A DNA stretch of 64,000 bases, from assembly GCF_009914755.1 (NCBI RefSeq), contig NC_060934.1. One strand, written 5' to 3'. This document shows, one piece after another, positions 1 through 15,813 of the stretch; the stretch's first letter is position 1; every line of letters starts with the position of its first letter. The DNA is from the human T2T-CHM13v2.0 reference genome, Homo sapiens. The position numbers and the translations under genes are program-made. Below the pieces are notes generated by a model. It worked only from the letters and a program-made list of their open reading frames with translations. It was not told where the DNA came from and did no database searches.

Positions 1-258
1 CTTGCAAATATGTTTGCGTTGTATCACCCCATAGATATTATCTAGAGCCTCTGGATTTTTCTAGTCCTGACTTCATAGGACTTGATCCATGGGTCAGCTA
101 CTTCCCATTTAACTCTATAAGAGACATTCCATCTCTTGAGTTGCAGTGCTTTTAATGTCCATTTTAATGCTAATGGAAATAAGTGGATACTGATGTAATT
201 TGTACTGCTCATCAGATTTTTTTGGGTATCCTCTTGAAGTTATGTTGGTTCTTTGCAG

Positions 259-341
259 AAGCCTTTTAACTCTGTTTTCAAAATCACTGTATGAAGCAGG
301 CTTTAAAAATGACTGATGACTTGCCCTGGTGCCTAAACTGG
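259..341 (+). other. candidate 83-nt spliced exon (unconfirmed)
   Basis: Acceptor TTGGTTCTTTGCAG|A at 258/259 and donor TGG|GTGAGT at 341/342, in repeat-free sequence. Confidence 0.3.
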
Positions 342-593
342 GTGAGTCTTGGGGCTGGTCAGTGACTAGCAGTTTGTTCATGTTTTTTAGATTTAAGTTA
401 CACAGCTATTTTTGCCTGTTCCACTTTGGTACTCCTATTTTCATACACAAAATATGTATGGGTGAAAAAGGTGGTGTGGAGTAGTGAAAAGGAGCAGGAG
501 CAGGCATGATCTATGTTCTGGATTCAGCTTTGCCACTACTAACCCTGAGCATCAGTGTTCTTATCTGTTAAAGGAAGCAGTAATAATAAAGTG

Positions 594-741
594 AATAACA
601 ACTAACTCGTACAGAGTGCTTTCTGTGTGCCAGCCACTATTCTAAACAGTTGAGGTATTTTCAATCCATTTACTTCAACAATAATCCTGTGAGGTAAGTG
701 TTGTTATTCTCCCCATCATGCAGATGAGGAAACTGAGGCAC
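594..741 (-). mobile_element. MIR SINE fragment
   Basis: MIR core on the minus strand: tgtgccagccactattctaa...cagatgaggaaactgaggcaca. Confidence 0.8.
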
Positions 742-1753
742 AACCTTACTAGGACCCAGGAAAGCTAAGAAAAATAGTATTTATGAAAACATGGTGGAAT
801 GGGGCTTGGAATAAAGAATGTTATACTAATTCAAGCAATCCTGTCTTCTCTGTGTAAATATCTGTTTCCTTAATTTATAGAAAATCCATCACTTACAAGA
901 AAATATTATAGAAAAAAATGACTAAAATAAATCTGAAAGTAGGTCAAATTTAAGACAAACTAAGCAATCCAATTAAAACTTTTTTTTCCTGTTTCCGTCC
1001 CCCACCCCCGCCCTTTTTTTTCCCCTTAAAACTTTAAGTACAGCTTTGGTTTAAAGTGAAATCTATATCCCAATTTAAATTCCATGAACAAATCTGACTC
1101 TGGCATTTGATTCACTGTCTTACTCTGCTTGTTATGCATGTTAAACAAGACCTAAATTTGATGCTCACAGAGAGCACATAAACACTTATAATCCTCTCAG
1201 CATGTGCTAAAATAATAACAGACACGATAGTTTGATTTGCAAAGTGTGTCTGCCAACTTCCACCAGACCATTTTTGAACCAATTCAGAAAACCAGGATTC
1301 TGCAATGATTAAAGTGTCCAAGGCTCCTATTCATAGCAAAAGGAATTCCTGACTTGAAACAAGTACACATGAAGCTCAGCTAGTCTCTGCCAGACATACT
1401 TTTTGAACCATCTTTGCAGACATTGTTACAAGTGTTCTTTTGCTTTAAGAAACCATGGTCTGTAACAACCAGACTGAACAGAATCCATAAACTGGGGAAG
1501 GATTGTGCCTTTTGATCTGCGACAGGGTTTACAGTAAAAATCCTTTAAACCATGAGTTTCTCAGTGTATTTCAAATAGCAATTCAAAAATGCTAACAATT
1601 CAGAGGTCTAATAATAAAATTTAAAACTTTTTTTGGTCTTTTTTTTTTTCAATTTTAAGAGGTATAATTGAAGTGTGGTAAGCTGCACATGTTTAAAGCA
1701 TCCATCAGGATCCATTAAACCATTAAACAATTGAGATAATAATAAACATTGTT

Positions 1754-2110
<357 letters not shown>

Positions 2111-2200
2111 TTATCCCCCTCACATTCAGGGAACCACTGATCTGCTTTCTTTGTTTGCGTTTCCTAGAATTTTATACAAATGAAATCCAAGTATGTACTC

Positions 2201-2224
2201 GTGTGTGTGTGTGTGTGTGTGTGT
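2201..2224. repeat. (GT)12 microsatellite
   Basis: Direct reading. Confidence 0.95.
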
Positions 2225-2667
2225 CTTCTTTCACTATTTTAAAGTGCATAATTTAGTGACATCAAGTACGTTCACAGTGTTATGCAACCATCACCACTCT
2301 CCAGTACCAAAATGGTTGCATTGCCTCAAAAGGAAACTTCATACCTACTAAGCAGTTGCTTCCCATTCCCACCTCTCCCCAGTCCCTGGAAACCAATCTG
2401 CTTTCCATCCCTATGGATTTGCCTATTCGGGAGATTTCATATAAATGGGATCACATAATATGTGGCTTTTTGTGTCTGGCTTCTTTCACATGGCATCATG
2501 CTTTCAAGGTTCATCCATACTGTGTCATGTGTCAGCACTTCATGCCTTTTCACTGCCGAATAATACTCCATTGTATAGGTACCGAAAACGTTTTCTTTGT
2601 CCATTCATCTATTGATAGACATTTGGGTTTTTCCACCTTTTTACTGTTGTGAATAGTGCTACTGTGA

Positions 2668-3051
<384 letters not shown>

Positions 3052-4580
3052 TGTTCTTTTTTTTTTTTAATGGCCATCCTAGTGGGTGTATGAAGTACTA
3101 TCTCAATGTGGTTTTGATTTGTATTTCAGTAATGACTAATGATATTGAGCTTCTTTTCATGTTGGCTTGTTGGCCATTTGTATATCTTCTTTTGAGGAAT
3201 GTCTACTCAAATCTATCATCCATTTTAAAACTGGGTTTTTTACATTCTTGTTTTGGAATGGTAAGAGTCTTTGAAAATTCTGGAGAGTAGGCCCTTATCA
3301 GGTGTATAATTTGCAAATATGTTCTCCTATTTTATGGGTTTGCTTAGCATAATGATTTTGAGGTTCATCTATGTTGTTTCTTGTATCAAAACTTTGGGCC
3401 TTTTACTTTGCTAAGTAGTATTCTGTTTTGTGGATATAGTGCAAACTCTTTATCCATCTGTTGATGGACATTTAGGTTGTTTCCAGGTTTTGGCTATTAC
3501 AAATGAAGCTCGTATGAACATTCCTTTGCAAGTCTTTATCTGGACATATCTTTCAGCTTCTCTTGGGTAAATTTCTAGGCCAATGATATTTTAACCTTTT
3601 AGGATCACAAATATTGTACATAAGAATCATTGTTTGGGTGAAACGTCTTCAAATTTTTATTAGTATGTCATTGAATGGAGCATGTTAATGTAACCCTTTA
3701 AGGTGTTTAAAGAATATACACTTTTTCATCTTTGTTTTCAGAATCAATCACTCATTAGTTTTTTTTTCTTCTGTTGATGAATCTTCCTTCAATAGTTTTT
3801 CATTTGGCAAGTAATTATGACCATGGAAGTCGGGACACAAGATGAAAAAGACAACAAAACTGCAGAACTTCAAACTGAAAGAAACCCTAAAAATCACCTG
3901 AGTCAGCTCTTTTATTTTACAGAAAAGGTGATGAGGTCCAGAAAGGAGACTGGATTTACCAAAGGCCAGCCGAGTATTAGAGCAGTTCGGTGGAGCAGGG
4001 GAAACTTACACACCTGTGAGGGTAATTTGACGTCTCCTAGCCATGATGCAACAGTGCTGGGGGGTGAGTGAATGGCGCTGTGTTTTACAGTCTGTAGCAT
4101 TCACAGGGCACTTTGTTTCCTTCTAGGTTATCCCAGTTAATCCTCCAACAACCCTGTGAAGTAGGTAGGGACTAAGTAACTAGGAGTAGCTCAGGGTCAC
4201 CTAGCCAATGATCGGAGATCCCGGGCTCAGAGCCAGGCCTTCTGACTCCTTCCAAGTTGCGTGCCCTCCTCTTTTTCGTTTGAATTTCCTCCTCCTTGTC
4301 CCTGCCCACTGCCGTCCCCTTAGTTCAGGCCTCCCAGCTCTACCCCCGGCCTCCTGCTGGATTGGGCTCCACTCCTTCTTTCTCTGCAGCAGCACAGTCT
4401 TGACCTTGTCCTCTGCTTGCTGGAAGCCCTGCTGTGGCTTCTCCTGGCCTTTAGGTTAAGGTTCAGACTGCATGGAAGGCCTTTCCAGATCTGCCCCACT
4501 CAGCCCTCCAGCTCCAGAACTTCCTGTCCTCTCTTGGCTGCCCTCTTTCCCTCTCCTCAACTAGAACATTCTGAATTCTG

Positions 4581-4820
4581 CTTAGACCTCACCTCTTCCA
4601 GGGAGCTTTCCCCAACCCTAAGCAGGAAGGAGGGCTGAGTGACCCTCTTCCTGTAATTGTCTGTGGCTCCCATAGTAGCATTTGTCCGTGCTCTCCTCTT
4701 GCTTGTCTCCCATAAAGACCATGCAAAGTCCTTGCAGTCAAGGCCACTGCCACTCATCTTTGCTATCCTCATCACCTAGCAGAGCCCCTGGCACATAGTG
4801 TGTTGAATATCTGGGAATGA
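4581..4820 (+). mobile_element. L2 3' fragment
   Basis: cacctcttccaggga...cctagcagagcccctggcacatagtg...gaatga resembles the L2 3' end. Confidence 0.6.
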
Positions 4821-5446
4821 GGAACTTAACTGCAACTGAACTTTCAATCTAACTGACTTGGTGATGAGAAATACTAGTCAGGATGCTCTCATGGGTGAGA
4901 CCTGATGTGACGCCAAAGCTTGGTTTTCTCCAGCTTATGTTTTATTTGGACTGCCTGTCTGAAAGGGCTAGACAGACATTTATGTTCAGAGAGGCCATAT
5001 AAGAAGAATATAAATGCGGAAAGTCATAAACTTCAGCTCTGCTCTGGGCTCCACTCTCAAGCCACTGTGTGACCAGAGGTAGCACTTAGCTTCTTAGAGT
5101 CCACATGGGTTAAAGGGGGACCAGGGTATGGGGCTTGTTCAAACAGTCAATGAGATGACAGGTGAACGTGCCTTGGTAGGAAAGCAGTACTGAATACATG
5201 TGTCCTCATGTAAGCCAGCTTTTTGTCTCATGCTGTCATCTCCAGCCAGAGGCCAGATTGTGTGCAGGCAATTTCCAGGCTGAATTTCTGAGAGATTTGA
5301 TCCAAATAGGATAAATGGTGGAAATGACCACTAGGAACACTCCTTAAAACCTGCTTGCATCAATGCTTTCAATGATACATTTCTGCATCTCAAAAAAAAG
5401 TTTCTAAGCCCTAAGCTAGCATCTGCCTATTTCAAGCAATTTCTGT

Positions 5447-5588
5447 TCTTTTTTTTCTTTTCTTTTCTTTCCTTTCCTCTTCCTCTTCTTCTTCCTCTTC
5501 CTCTTCTTCCTCTTCCTCCTCCTCTTCCTCCCGTTCCCCTTCCCCTTCCTCTTCTTCCTCTTCCACTTCTTCTTCTTCTTCCTCTTCT
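5447..5588. repeat. (TTC/TCC)n polypyrimidine low-complexity tract
   Basis: About 140 bp of nearly pure C/T; source of the poly-Glu ORF 5432..5644. Confidence 0.95.
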
Positions 5589-5848
5589 TTTTTTTTTAAT
5601 TTTTTTTTTGACAGGGCCTTACTCTCACCCAGACTAGAGTGCATACTGATCCTCCCACCTCAACCTCCCAAGGAGCTGGGGCTACAGGTGTGCACCACCA
5701 TGCCTGGCTAATTTTTTTTGTATTTTTTTGTAGAGTCCGGTTTTCACCATGTTGCTCAGGCTGGTCTCAAACTTCTGGGCTCAAGCGATCATTCTGCCTC
5801 AGCCTCCTAATGTGCTGGGATTATAGGTGTGAGTGACCATGCTTGGCC
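5589..5848 (-). mobile_element. Alu (AluJ-like, internally deleted)
   Basis: gacagggccttactc...ctgggctcaagcgatc...gcttggcc. Confidence 0.9.
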
Positions 5849-6024
5849 TCAAGCAATTTCTAAAATAACACAAATCAAGACAACAGCAACACCAAGATAC
5901 TGCTTTATTATTGCCTTGACATTTGCAATAATGACAGTTTAACTATAGCAGTAATAATGACAGTCGACTTGTGGCAGCTTAAAAAAAAAAGAAGCTGCCT
6001 GGAAAATAAGTGATTGCTCACGAT

Positions 6025-6850
6025 TCCTCAGGGAGACTTACTCCAACCACCCTATTTAAATTGCATCTTGAACCCATCTCTTCCCATCCAGGCTGTCTTA
6101 TTTTGCTTTATTTCTTCCACTTGTTGTCTTCTAGCATAAGGATCCCCAACCCCCAGGCCATGGACGGGTACCAGGCTGTGGCCTGTTAGGAACGAGGCCA
6201 CACAGCAGGAGGTGAGCGGTGGGCGAGCAAGCGAAGCTTCATCTGTATTTACAGCTGCTCTCCATCACTCGCATTACTGCCTGAGCTCCGCCTCCTGTCA
6301 GATCAGTGGTGGCATTAGATTCTCATAGGAGGGCAAATCCTATTGTGAACTGCACATAGGAGGGATCTAGGTTGCATGCTCCTTATGAGAACCTAATGCC
6401 TGATGATCTGTCACTGTCTCCCATCACCCCGAGATAGGACCATCTAGTTGCAGGAAAATAAGCTCAGGGCTCCCACTGATTCTATATTATGGTGAGTTGT
6501 ATAATTATTTCCTTATATATTACAATAAATAATAAAGTACACAATAAATGTGATATGCTGGAATCATCCCTAAACCATCCCTTGCCACCATAGTCCATGG
6601 AAAAATTGTCTTCCAAAAAACTGGTCCCTGGTGCCGAAAAGGTTGGGGACCGCTGTTCTGACAAATTATATAATTTACTCATTTATTATGTTCTTACTGT
6701 CTATTATGGCTCCTTTCACCCTGCCCCCACCACATAAGCTCTCCAATGGCAGGAGAGTTGTACTCAGTGATTTACCCCCCAGGGCCTAGGAGCAATTCCT
6801 GACACCTGGAAGATGCTCACTAAATATTTGTTGAATGACTAAGTGAACTA
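6025..6850 (+). mobile_element. L2a 3' fragment interrupted by MER1A
   Basis: ccaccctatttaaattgc...cctgacacctggaagatgctcactaaatatttgttgaatga. Confidence 0.7.
6137..6655 (+). mobile_element. MER1A hAT-Charlie DNA transposon (non-autonomous)
   Basis: Termini taaggatccccaac / gttggggaccgctg; internal tcagatcagtggtggcattagattctcatagg; degenerate 8-bp TSD ttctagca/ttctgaca. Confidence 0.92.
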
Positions 6851-7329
6851 TAGGTAAAAATACTGACTTTAGTGATTGTTATGTGGTGGCATTTGTTCCC
6901 TCTCTGAGCCCACCTAGGATATGAACTATATGGGCTTCAGGGTCTGAGTTTTGTGATTCAGGAAACTGAAAGTGGAAGGTGTTAGAAGATTGTAGCCTCT
7001 GCTCCTGTGGGGTTCTTGGAAGTAAGACTCTCCCTGGGCACCCGTGACTTGGTGCTCTTCTCATGGCCCAGCTCCAGCAGTTGCCAGTGTAGCCAGAACC
7101 CCTTAGGCTGGGATCTGACTTGTGTATTTGGTGGGATCTTGATGGTGGAGGGAGAGCAGCAGGCCTGGGCTCAGTCCCTAGACATAGAGGCCAAAAAAGA
7201 TTGGAACAACCGTGTGTCCAGCAATAGGGGATTCGTGAATAACACTTGGCTACATCCTCCCAATACTATTCGGACCATCTCTGGGTACTGATACAGAGAA
7301 GTCTCAAGAATATATTACTAAGGGCAAAA

Positions 7330-7805
<476 letters not shown>

Positions 7806-8561
7806 TGCTGGGAGGACGCTCAAGGGAGATGATCTTCAGTGGTGTTGGTGTGGATAGGAGCCAGCACTTGAATGGTACCATTAAATTCCAAATAGATCTG
7901 TGCTTTGTTAGAAGGGCTGTGAAGGGATGAGGAAAGAAAAAAGCACTGAGAAGCTCTCCTTCCCCAGTAAACTTTCATTTCCAATTCAGGAAGCCACTTG
8001 CGGTTCACAAAGACCAAAACTAATCTATCATATTTTCAAACCGAATATTTAACACTGTGCTGACTTCTCTGACATCACTAGGGGAGACAGAGATTATGTG
8101 TAAAGTGCCAAACTGGGTCAGGCAGTTCCTTGAGAACATCACTGCCCTTTCTCAAAGAAATTTCCTCGGTCTAAAATGTAGAGAATTGAATCAGATGGCT
8201 TTCATTCACATTTCTCTCAGAGGTTTTTAATTAAAGCTCCCAAGATTTTGGAAGGATTAAAGAAAACTTGTCAGCATGTAAAACATATCACTTTTTGGTA
8301 GGGAACATGAAATGATACAACCTTTATGGAGAAGTTGGCAATATCTAGCAAAAGTACATGTGGGTTACCTTTTGACCAATCAATCCTATTATAGGATCTA
8401 TCCCAAGATACACACACAAAAATTTTTTAAAAGACATAGGCACAAGCTTCTCCATCATGTCACTATTTGCAATAGCAAAAGACTGGAGACAACCCAGATG
8501 TCCATCACCAGGGAATGGGTTGAGTAAAGGATCGCCCTCCTTCCTCTATACTGATGTGTAG

Positions 8562-9050
<489 letters not shown>

Positions 9051-10174
9051 ACGTAGAACACAGTATTCTATGTATCAATGACAGGGAAGGGGGACGATCT
9101 CCGTGTACTGCTATGGAATGATCTCCAGGGCGTACTATTAAATGAAAAAGCAGAGTGCAGAAAAAGCGGATGGCATGCTATCTATTATTTAAGAAATATA
9201 CATGTACTTGCTTATACTTTTTTAAAAATGGAAGAATAAACCAATAAAAATATTTACCTGTATGTGTAGGTAGGAAATGGAAGAGTGGGTCAGAGGTAGA
9301 AGCTAGACTTCTCCAAATGTGTTTTGTTTTGTAGATTTGACTTTGGAAGCTTATAGATGTTTGTCTTAATTATAAAAAAATTAAATTCACATGGAGAAAA
9401 GTAATCCCCAAAAATCAAGACTAAAGTGAAACAAACTTATGTATCAAGTTGGTGGTTTAACCACACAATTATTTCAGATAACTTGAAAACACAATTAATT
9501 TAATTATACATCCCTAGTGTATATCTTACCGTCAACGTGAATGCCAAATTAATCTTGAGCTGTTTTCAGTAATATTGTAAGTAAAAATGTTGATAGAACT
9601 GTACTGACACTAATATATATCCACACACACCCACATAAACATATGAATATACATAATAAGAGCAATTATGTTGCAATCATTAGAAACCAAAATTTTCAGT
9701 ATACAAAAACAGTGACAATTTTACCATCAAGATATTAAATGAAAATCCTGTAATTCTAAATTTGAATTGGAAATATTAGTAAGAACTCCTGATGTATTTT
9801 CTTTTAAACAAATAAAAAAATTTTTCTAACCTTGTCTACTGAACAGCCTAGAAATAATGACAAACCTAGTAGCAGTAAGCACCTGTAACATCCAGATTAT
9901 GGCCTCTAAGTACATTTTTTCTGCTAAAAAGAAACTAAGAATCCTTAGAAAAATGTTGATTCCAGGCCTGGGGCAGAAAGTGTACAAGATGAGCTGGAAT
10001 ATCTTGTTGTATCAGAAAGCAAAGAAGCTATCAAAGACCACGGTGTCCTGTGAGAAGTACTCAGAAGCTAATTGAAGGGGCTCCCCCTGTCCAAATATTG
10101 AACAATTTGGGCATTAAAAATAATAACTATAGTGGATTTACATACATCAAATATATTAACATGTGCAAAATCTA

Positions 10175-10525
<351 letters not shown>

Positions 10526-10622
10526 AAAATTCAGTAGTTTCCACTATAGGGTGCTGGGGAACCAACTTTCATCCCCTTTGTCTTCCTCCTGTCCTCCTTC
10601 TTCAGTCTCTCTCTCTCTCTCT

Positions 10623-10909
10623 TTTTAGAGACAGGGTCCTTGCTCTGTTACCCAGGCTGGAGTGCAGTGGCACCATCATACCTCACTGTAACCTGGACCC
10701 CCTGGGCTCAAGCCATCCTCCCACCTCAGCCTCCTGAGTATCTGGGACTACAGGCACATGTCACCATGCCTGGCTACTTTTTTTTTTCTTTTGTAGAGAT
10801 AGGGTCTTCCTATATTGCCCAAGCTTGTCTCAAGCTCCTGGCTTCGGTGATCTTCCCGCCTCAGCCTCGCAAAGTGTTGGATTACAGGCATGAGTCACCA
10901 TGACCAGTC
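10623..10909 (-). mobile_element. Alu (AluJ-like)
   Basis: gagacagggtccttgctctg...ctgggctcaagccatcctccc. Confidence 0.92.
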
Positions 10910-11572
10910 AGAAAATTCTTCATAGAAGAATGCCGTCTAATAAATACAGAAGGAATGAACATTAGCATTTTGCAACCCCTGGTGAATAATGAGTTTAGAC
11001 AATGTGGTTGTTAATGGCTACTAAGCTGTTAGGTGCAGCTGATGGCGTTCTTTATAATGGAGGGATCAGGCTGATAATATTCAAACCCACTGATCGATCT
11101 TAATGTCTTGGCAGGCTTGAGATTTAACTACCAGTTTATAGAAAATACAAGGGATGCAGGAACATGTACAAATGATATCGGGCAGATGAATCAGGTAATC
11201 AGAAAATGGGACATGCTGCAGGCCTGGTTTCCTTAACAAATAAATTTTAAGAATCAAAATAGCAGGAGGGGTTATCTGTAGATTAAAAAGGACTTAAAAT
11301 ACTTATCAGCAAAATGTAGTATATAATTCTTGTTTGGGTCCTAGCTCAAAACAAATCTAACTGTAACATGTATACATGCATGCATATACATATATATGAG
11401 AATCTATGATATATATGATAACTAAGATATTATATTTGAATAGTGAGGTTAAAGAATTATTTATTCATGTATTATTTATTTGATTATGTGAACATTAAAA
11501 AGAATATTATTTATTAGTTACTTATTTATAGCTGTGGTAATGGTATTTTGATTATGTTAAAATACAGAAGTT

Positions 11573-11720
11573 GGCTGGGTGTTGTGGCTCATGGTCGTCC
11601 AGCACTTTGGGAGGCCAAGATGGGCAGATCACTTGAATCCAGGGGTTCGAGACCAGCCTGGACAACATGGTGAAACTGTCTCTACAAATAATACAAAAAA
11701 TTAGCCCAGTGTGGTGGCAC
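11573..11720 (+). mobile_element. 3'-truncated Alu followed by (GAAA/GA/GGAA)n to ~11778
   Basis: Left monomer and linker only, then purine repeat. Confidence 0.88.
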
Positions 11721-12089
11721 AAAGAAAGAAAGAGAGAGAGAGAGAGGGGAAGGAAGGAAGGAAGGAAAGAAAGAAAGCAGTTATACTCTAGGGTTGTATA
11801 CTAAAGTATAGATTAAATATGATATGTCTGGGATTAGCTTCAAAATAATGAAGGGGGGTGCAAAATAAACAAGATTGGCCATAGATTGATAATTTTTGAA
11901 GCTGGGTGGTGAGTACATGGAAATCATTATATTATTCTCTCTACCTTTGTATAATTTGAAAGTTTCCGTAATAAAAAGTTAAACAGAACAAGACATCAGC
12001 TCAGCCACTTGGCCAGTTCTGTTTTCAGATGTCCTTAAATTTAATATTGGGCTGTGGAGCAGACAGACCCTTCTTAAAAATCACCTGGG

Positions 12090-12455
<366 letters not shown>

Positions 12456-14677
12456 TCACAGTCTTTCCATCTTACCTTACAGAATTTATGTCTCTCTTGG
12501 GGCTCAAACTATTGTAGGATTGTTTAGATTGAGGATTATAGGGTTTTACAAGCAGCTGTAATATAAACATGGGAAAATTGGGGCAAGGCAAATCAAGAAC
12601 AAAAACTGCCACCAAAACATCAGAGTCGGTCTTCCTTTGAGGGCGGGAAATTTATCCAAGGATAAGGGAAGAAAATGGAAATAGACCGCATTCCTCCCAC
12701 TGTGGCCTTATTGGGCCCTTTCTGTTGCCACCATCCTGGGCTTTGGATTGAGAGAGATCTGGGTTAGGTAGCACAGCCTGTTACTTAGGATGTGTGTGGT
12801 CTTACTGTTCTGTGCCACAGTTGTTTCAACCAACCTCATTTGGCTGTTGTGAGGATGACATGAGATTGTCCATATGATGCTTACCACAGTGCCTGGCAAG
12901 AGGTGAGGTCTCTGATGTTCATTTAGAAAAGAAGACTGCAGTGCATTCACCAAGATCCTAAGAATCCCAAGGCTGGGCCGGAGCTTATGTGTTTGGACAT
13001 CCCTGTGACGTGGGTACCCCCACTGAACCCCATGATATTCTCCAGCACTTTCTTGGGGACCTTGGGCCACCTTGCCTAAGTTTGGGATGATCATTTAGCC
13101 TGAATGAGGAGGCTCAGTGCTCTAAGGATGGCATTTTTTCTACCTGGCTCCATTTTATTTTGTCATGTGGCTTGATGGGCATGGACAGTGGGGAAGATCC
13201 TGCCTCGGTGGGTGAATGAAAGGTAAGTAGCTAGATGACTAGAAGCCAGCTTGAACTTTGCCAGCTTTGAGATTGGAAGGAAAAGGTGAAATTGCCTGCT
13301 CTTCCTGAAGCAAGCACCACATTTTCTCTCCTTTCTACCTTGTTTGCCTCTTACAGCCAGAACCCAGCCCCCTTTTCATCACTAATCTCGTAACACACAG
13401 GGCTTCATCCTGGCAGTGTCGATCTTTTCATTAGCCCTTTAAGAATGACTGGCAAATGCACTTGTTTGAGTCATTTGATCACCTGGGAAGTGTCTGGGAG
13501 CCATGCCTTGGAGTGCCTCACTGATCACAAAGCCATCCAGTGTGGCCTTTGATTCCTGGGCCCCTGGTGTCCTGCTCACTTTACCCCCCATGCATGTGAC
13601 CTGCCCACTTTCTGGGGCTTGGGTGTGAGTGAGTGGTGCAGGGAAGCTAAGCCAGAGGGAGCCCTGATTTACGAACTGTCCGGATTTAACTGAGGCTACA
13701 GCACTTTTATTAATAGAACATGCTGCATTTCCTTTTTATAAAAATATGAAGATCACTGCGCTCAGGAAAATGCCTGGTGACTTTCTGTCTTTAGGGCATG
13801 TTCATCACCAGGCTAAAATTAAAAGTGAAGTCAGGCCCTTCTTGCATCTATTTTTAACTAAGTTTAGCATATGAATGTGAACGTGAAGTCTTTCTTTAGA
13901 TCCCCCTAACTCAATTACTGACGTATGCCAAGCATCCCGCCTGGAATTCCAGAGCTGTGTCTGGGGCTACCTTGGGTGGGGAGGCCAAAAGGGAAGTTAG
14001 GGACCACTAGCCTAGCCCCCTGCTATCTGACTGTGTGCGTCTTCACCCATCTCAGCTTCACTTACTTTGGAAGGTTAAGGTGCAGCCAGTCATAATACTG
14101 AAAAGCATAAAACAAGGGAAAAACTAACCAAACCAACCAACCTATGGCCATTTTGTGATGCGTAAAGTCTCCCCTAATTGGCACATATTTTTCTAGGGGG
14201 CTCCAATTTAGAAGCAGCGACTTGGGTTGAAGGGGAGACACTGGATTATAGGGGAGACCTTGTCATTCAAGCAGAAATTGCGAATGGCCCCAACATACCA
14301 CGGGAGACTTGGGACAACAGGTGGAGGGAGGGAGAGGAAAAAAAAACTGAACAAGTGTCGTTCCTGCCCAGAGAGTTTGCGATGAGTGATGAGAGTGCCA
14401 GAGAAACCTTTTAGAAACCCTCTTAAATTCCCTCTTTGAAATCTTTTTCATGTCTGCTCTTTGAGGACTGTGAAGAGAGGGGAGGGTAGAGGCAGAGTTG
14501 ATCCCAACTCTTAAGATTCTTTGGCCTAATGTTTCACTTGAAGGCAGAGACTGACGAAGTTCTTTTTTGAACTTCTTAGGACAGTTCCCTGTGGTTACTT
14601 TTTTAGTATAACAATTAAAAAAAAAAAAACCAAAAAACCTACTGATCATTTTAAGTCCTGGCCCTTGCTTTGTTTTG

Positions 14678-14795
14678 TTTGAAAAGTGACTTTTAAAATG
14701 GTGACTTTTATGGAAAACATATTTACAGTTTGTTAAAGTTGTGTCATTTCTCTTTGCATGTTTACATGTATGTGTATTTAACTTAGTTGTCTTGA
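14678..14795 (+). repeat. copy 1 of ~120-bp direct duplication
   Basis: Aligns with 15814-15934 at roughly 80-85% identity; 21-bp perfect core atatttacagtttgttaaagt. Confidence 0.9.
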
Positions 14796-15332
14796 ACCTC
14801 ATAAAGGTGTTGTGGTTTTTAAGCAGAGGAAAATCTTCCTTCGTTTTTTCTGGAATAGCAGCAAAGCCATGATGGAGAATAAGCAGAAGATTAATTTAAA
14901 ATACTGGTTACTTTGGCTAATCCACTGACGGTGAGCTTGCTTATGGCTGGAGAACTATGAAAGTGTTTCCAGATAGCCTGAGAGGGAAGCACTGGGAAGG
15001 AGTGTGGCAAGTCTGTATGCGTGTGGCGGGGTAGGGGGGACAGGGTTGTCTTTTGGGGAATAGGAATGATATTTAAACGACCAGCTCCTCCATGTATTAT
15101 TTGGATTTTCTGTTAAAAGCAATAAACTTGAAGTAAGACGTGTTTACAGGCCACTACAATCTATCTGAAAAGCCTCTTATGGTTTTTTGCCTCCCATTCA
15201 AAAACCACTTACGTGATTGTATGTGCCTTTCAACAAAACTTTGGATTCAATTACAACACTTGTAGGCTCAGAAGATTGCTTTCAAATCTGAAAACTTTGC
15301 ACCTTCACTTGGTTACAGTACTTTTTAAAAAA

Positions 15333-15450
15333 TGGAGATACGGTCTTGCTGTGTTGCTCAGACTGGTGTCCAAACCCTGGGCTCAAGCGGTCCTCCAGCT
15401 TTGGCCTCCCAAAGTGTTGGGATTACAGGCATGAGCCACTGTATCTGGCC
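15333..15450 (-). mobile_element. Alu monomer (FLAM-like)
   Basis: gagatacggtcttgctgtgttg...cctcccaaagtgttgggattacaggcatgagccactgtatctggcc. Confidence 0.88.
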
Positions 15451-15813
15451 TGGTTGTAGTACATTTCAAGGGACTGGCTTTCCCAGCCAAACTGACATTT
15501 TTGGGTCTGTCCAGTTAGTAAAAGGTAGGGATTGGGGTGGCAAGAGTTGTACATTGACACAGTTCTTAAGCACACAGTGACTAAAAGGTACTCTACTGGC
15601 TTTTGGAGAAGGCTTAGAACTTGGTCAATCGACAAACTCCTGATTAAAGGTTGCTGAATTAAAAATAATATGCCATTTCTTTGAAACCATTCGATTTCAC
15701 CCTATTTAGTTGTTCCAGAAATGTTTGCTTTGGTTTTAACCATGACCCAACTTTATTTAGTAAGTCTAATAATTCATCTCTTTGAAACCTTTTAGTTTCC
15801 ACCTTATTTTTTT

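Noticed and set aside
5432-5644. Poly-Glu/Lys ORF
   Set aside because: Translation of a simple repeat and an Alu tail
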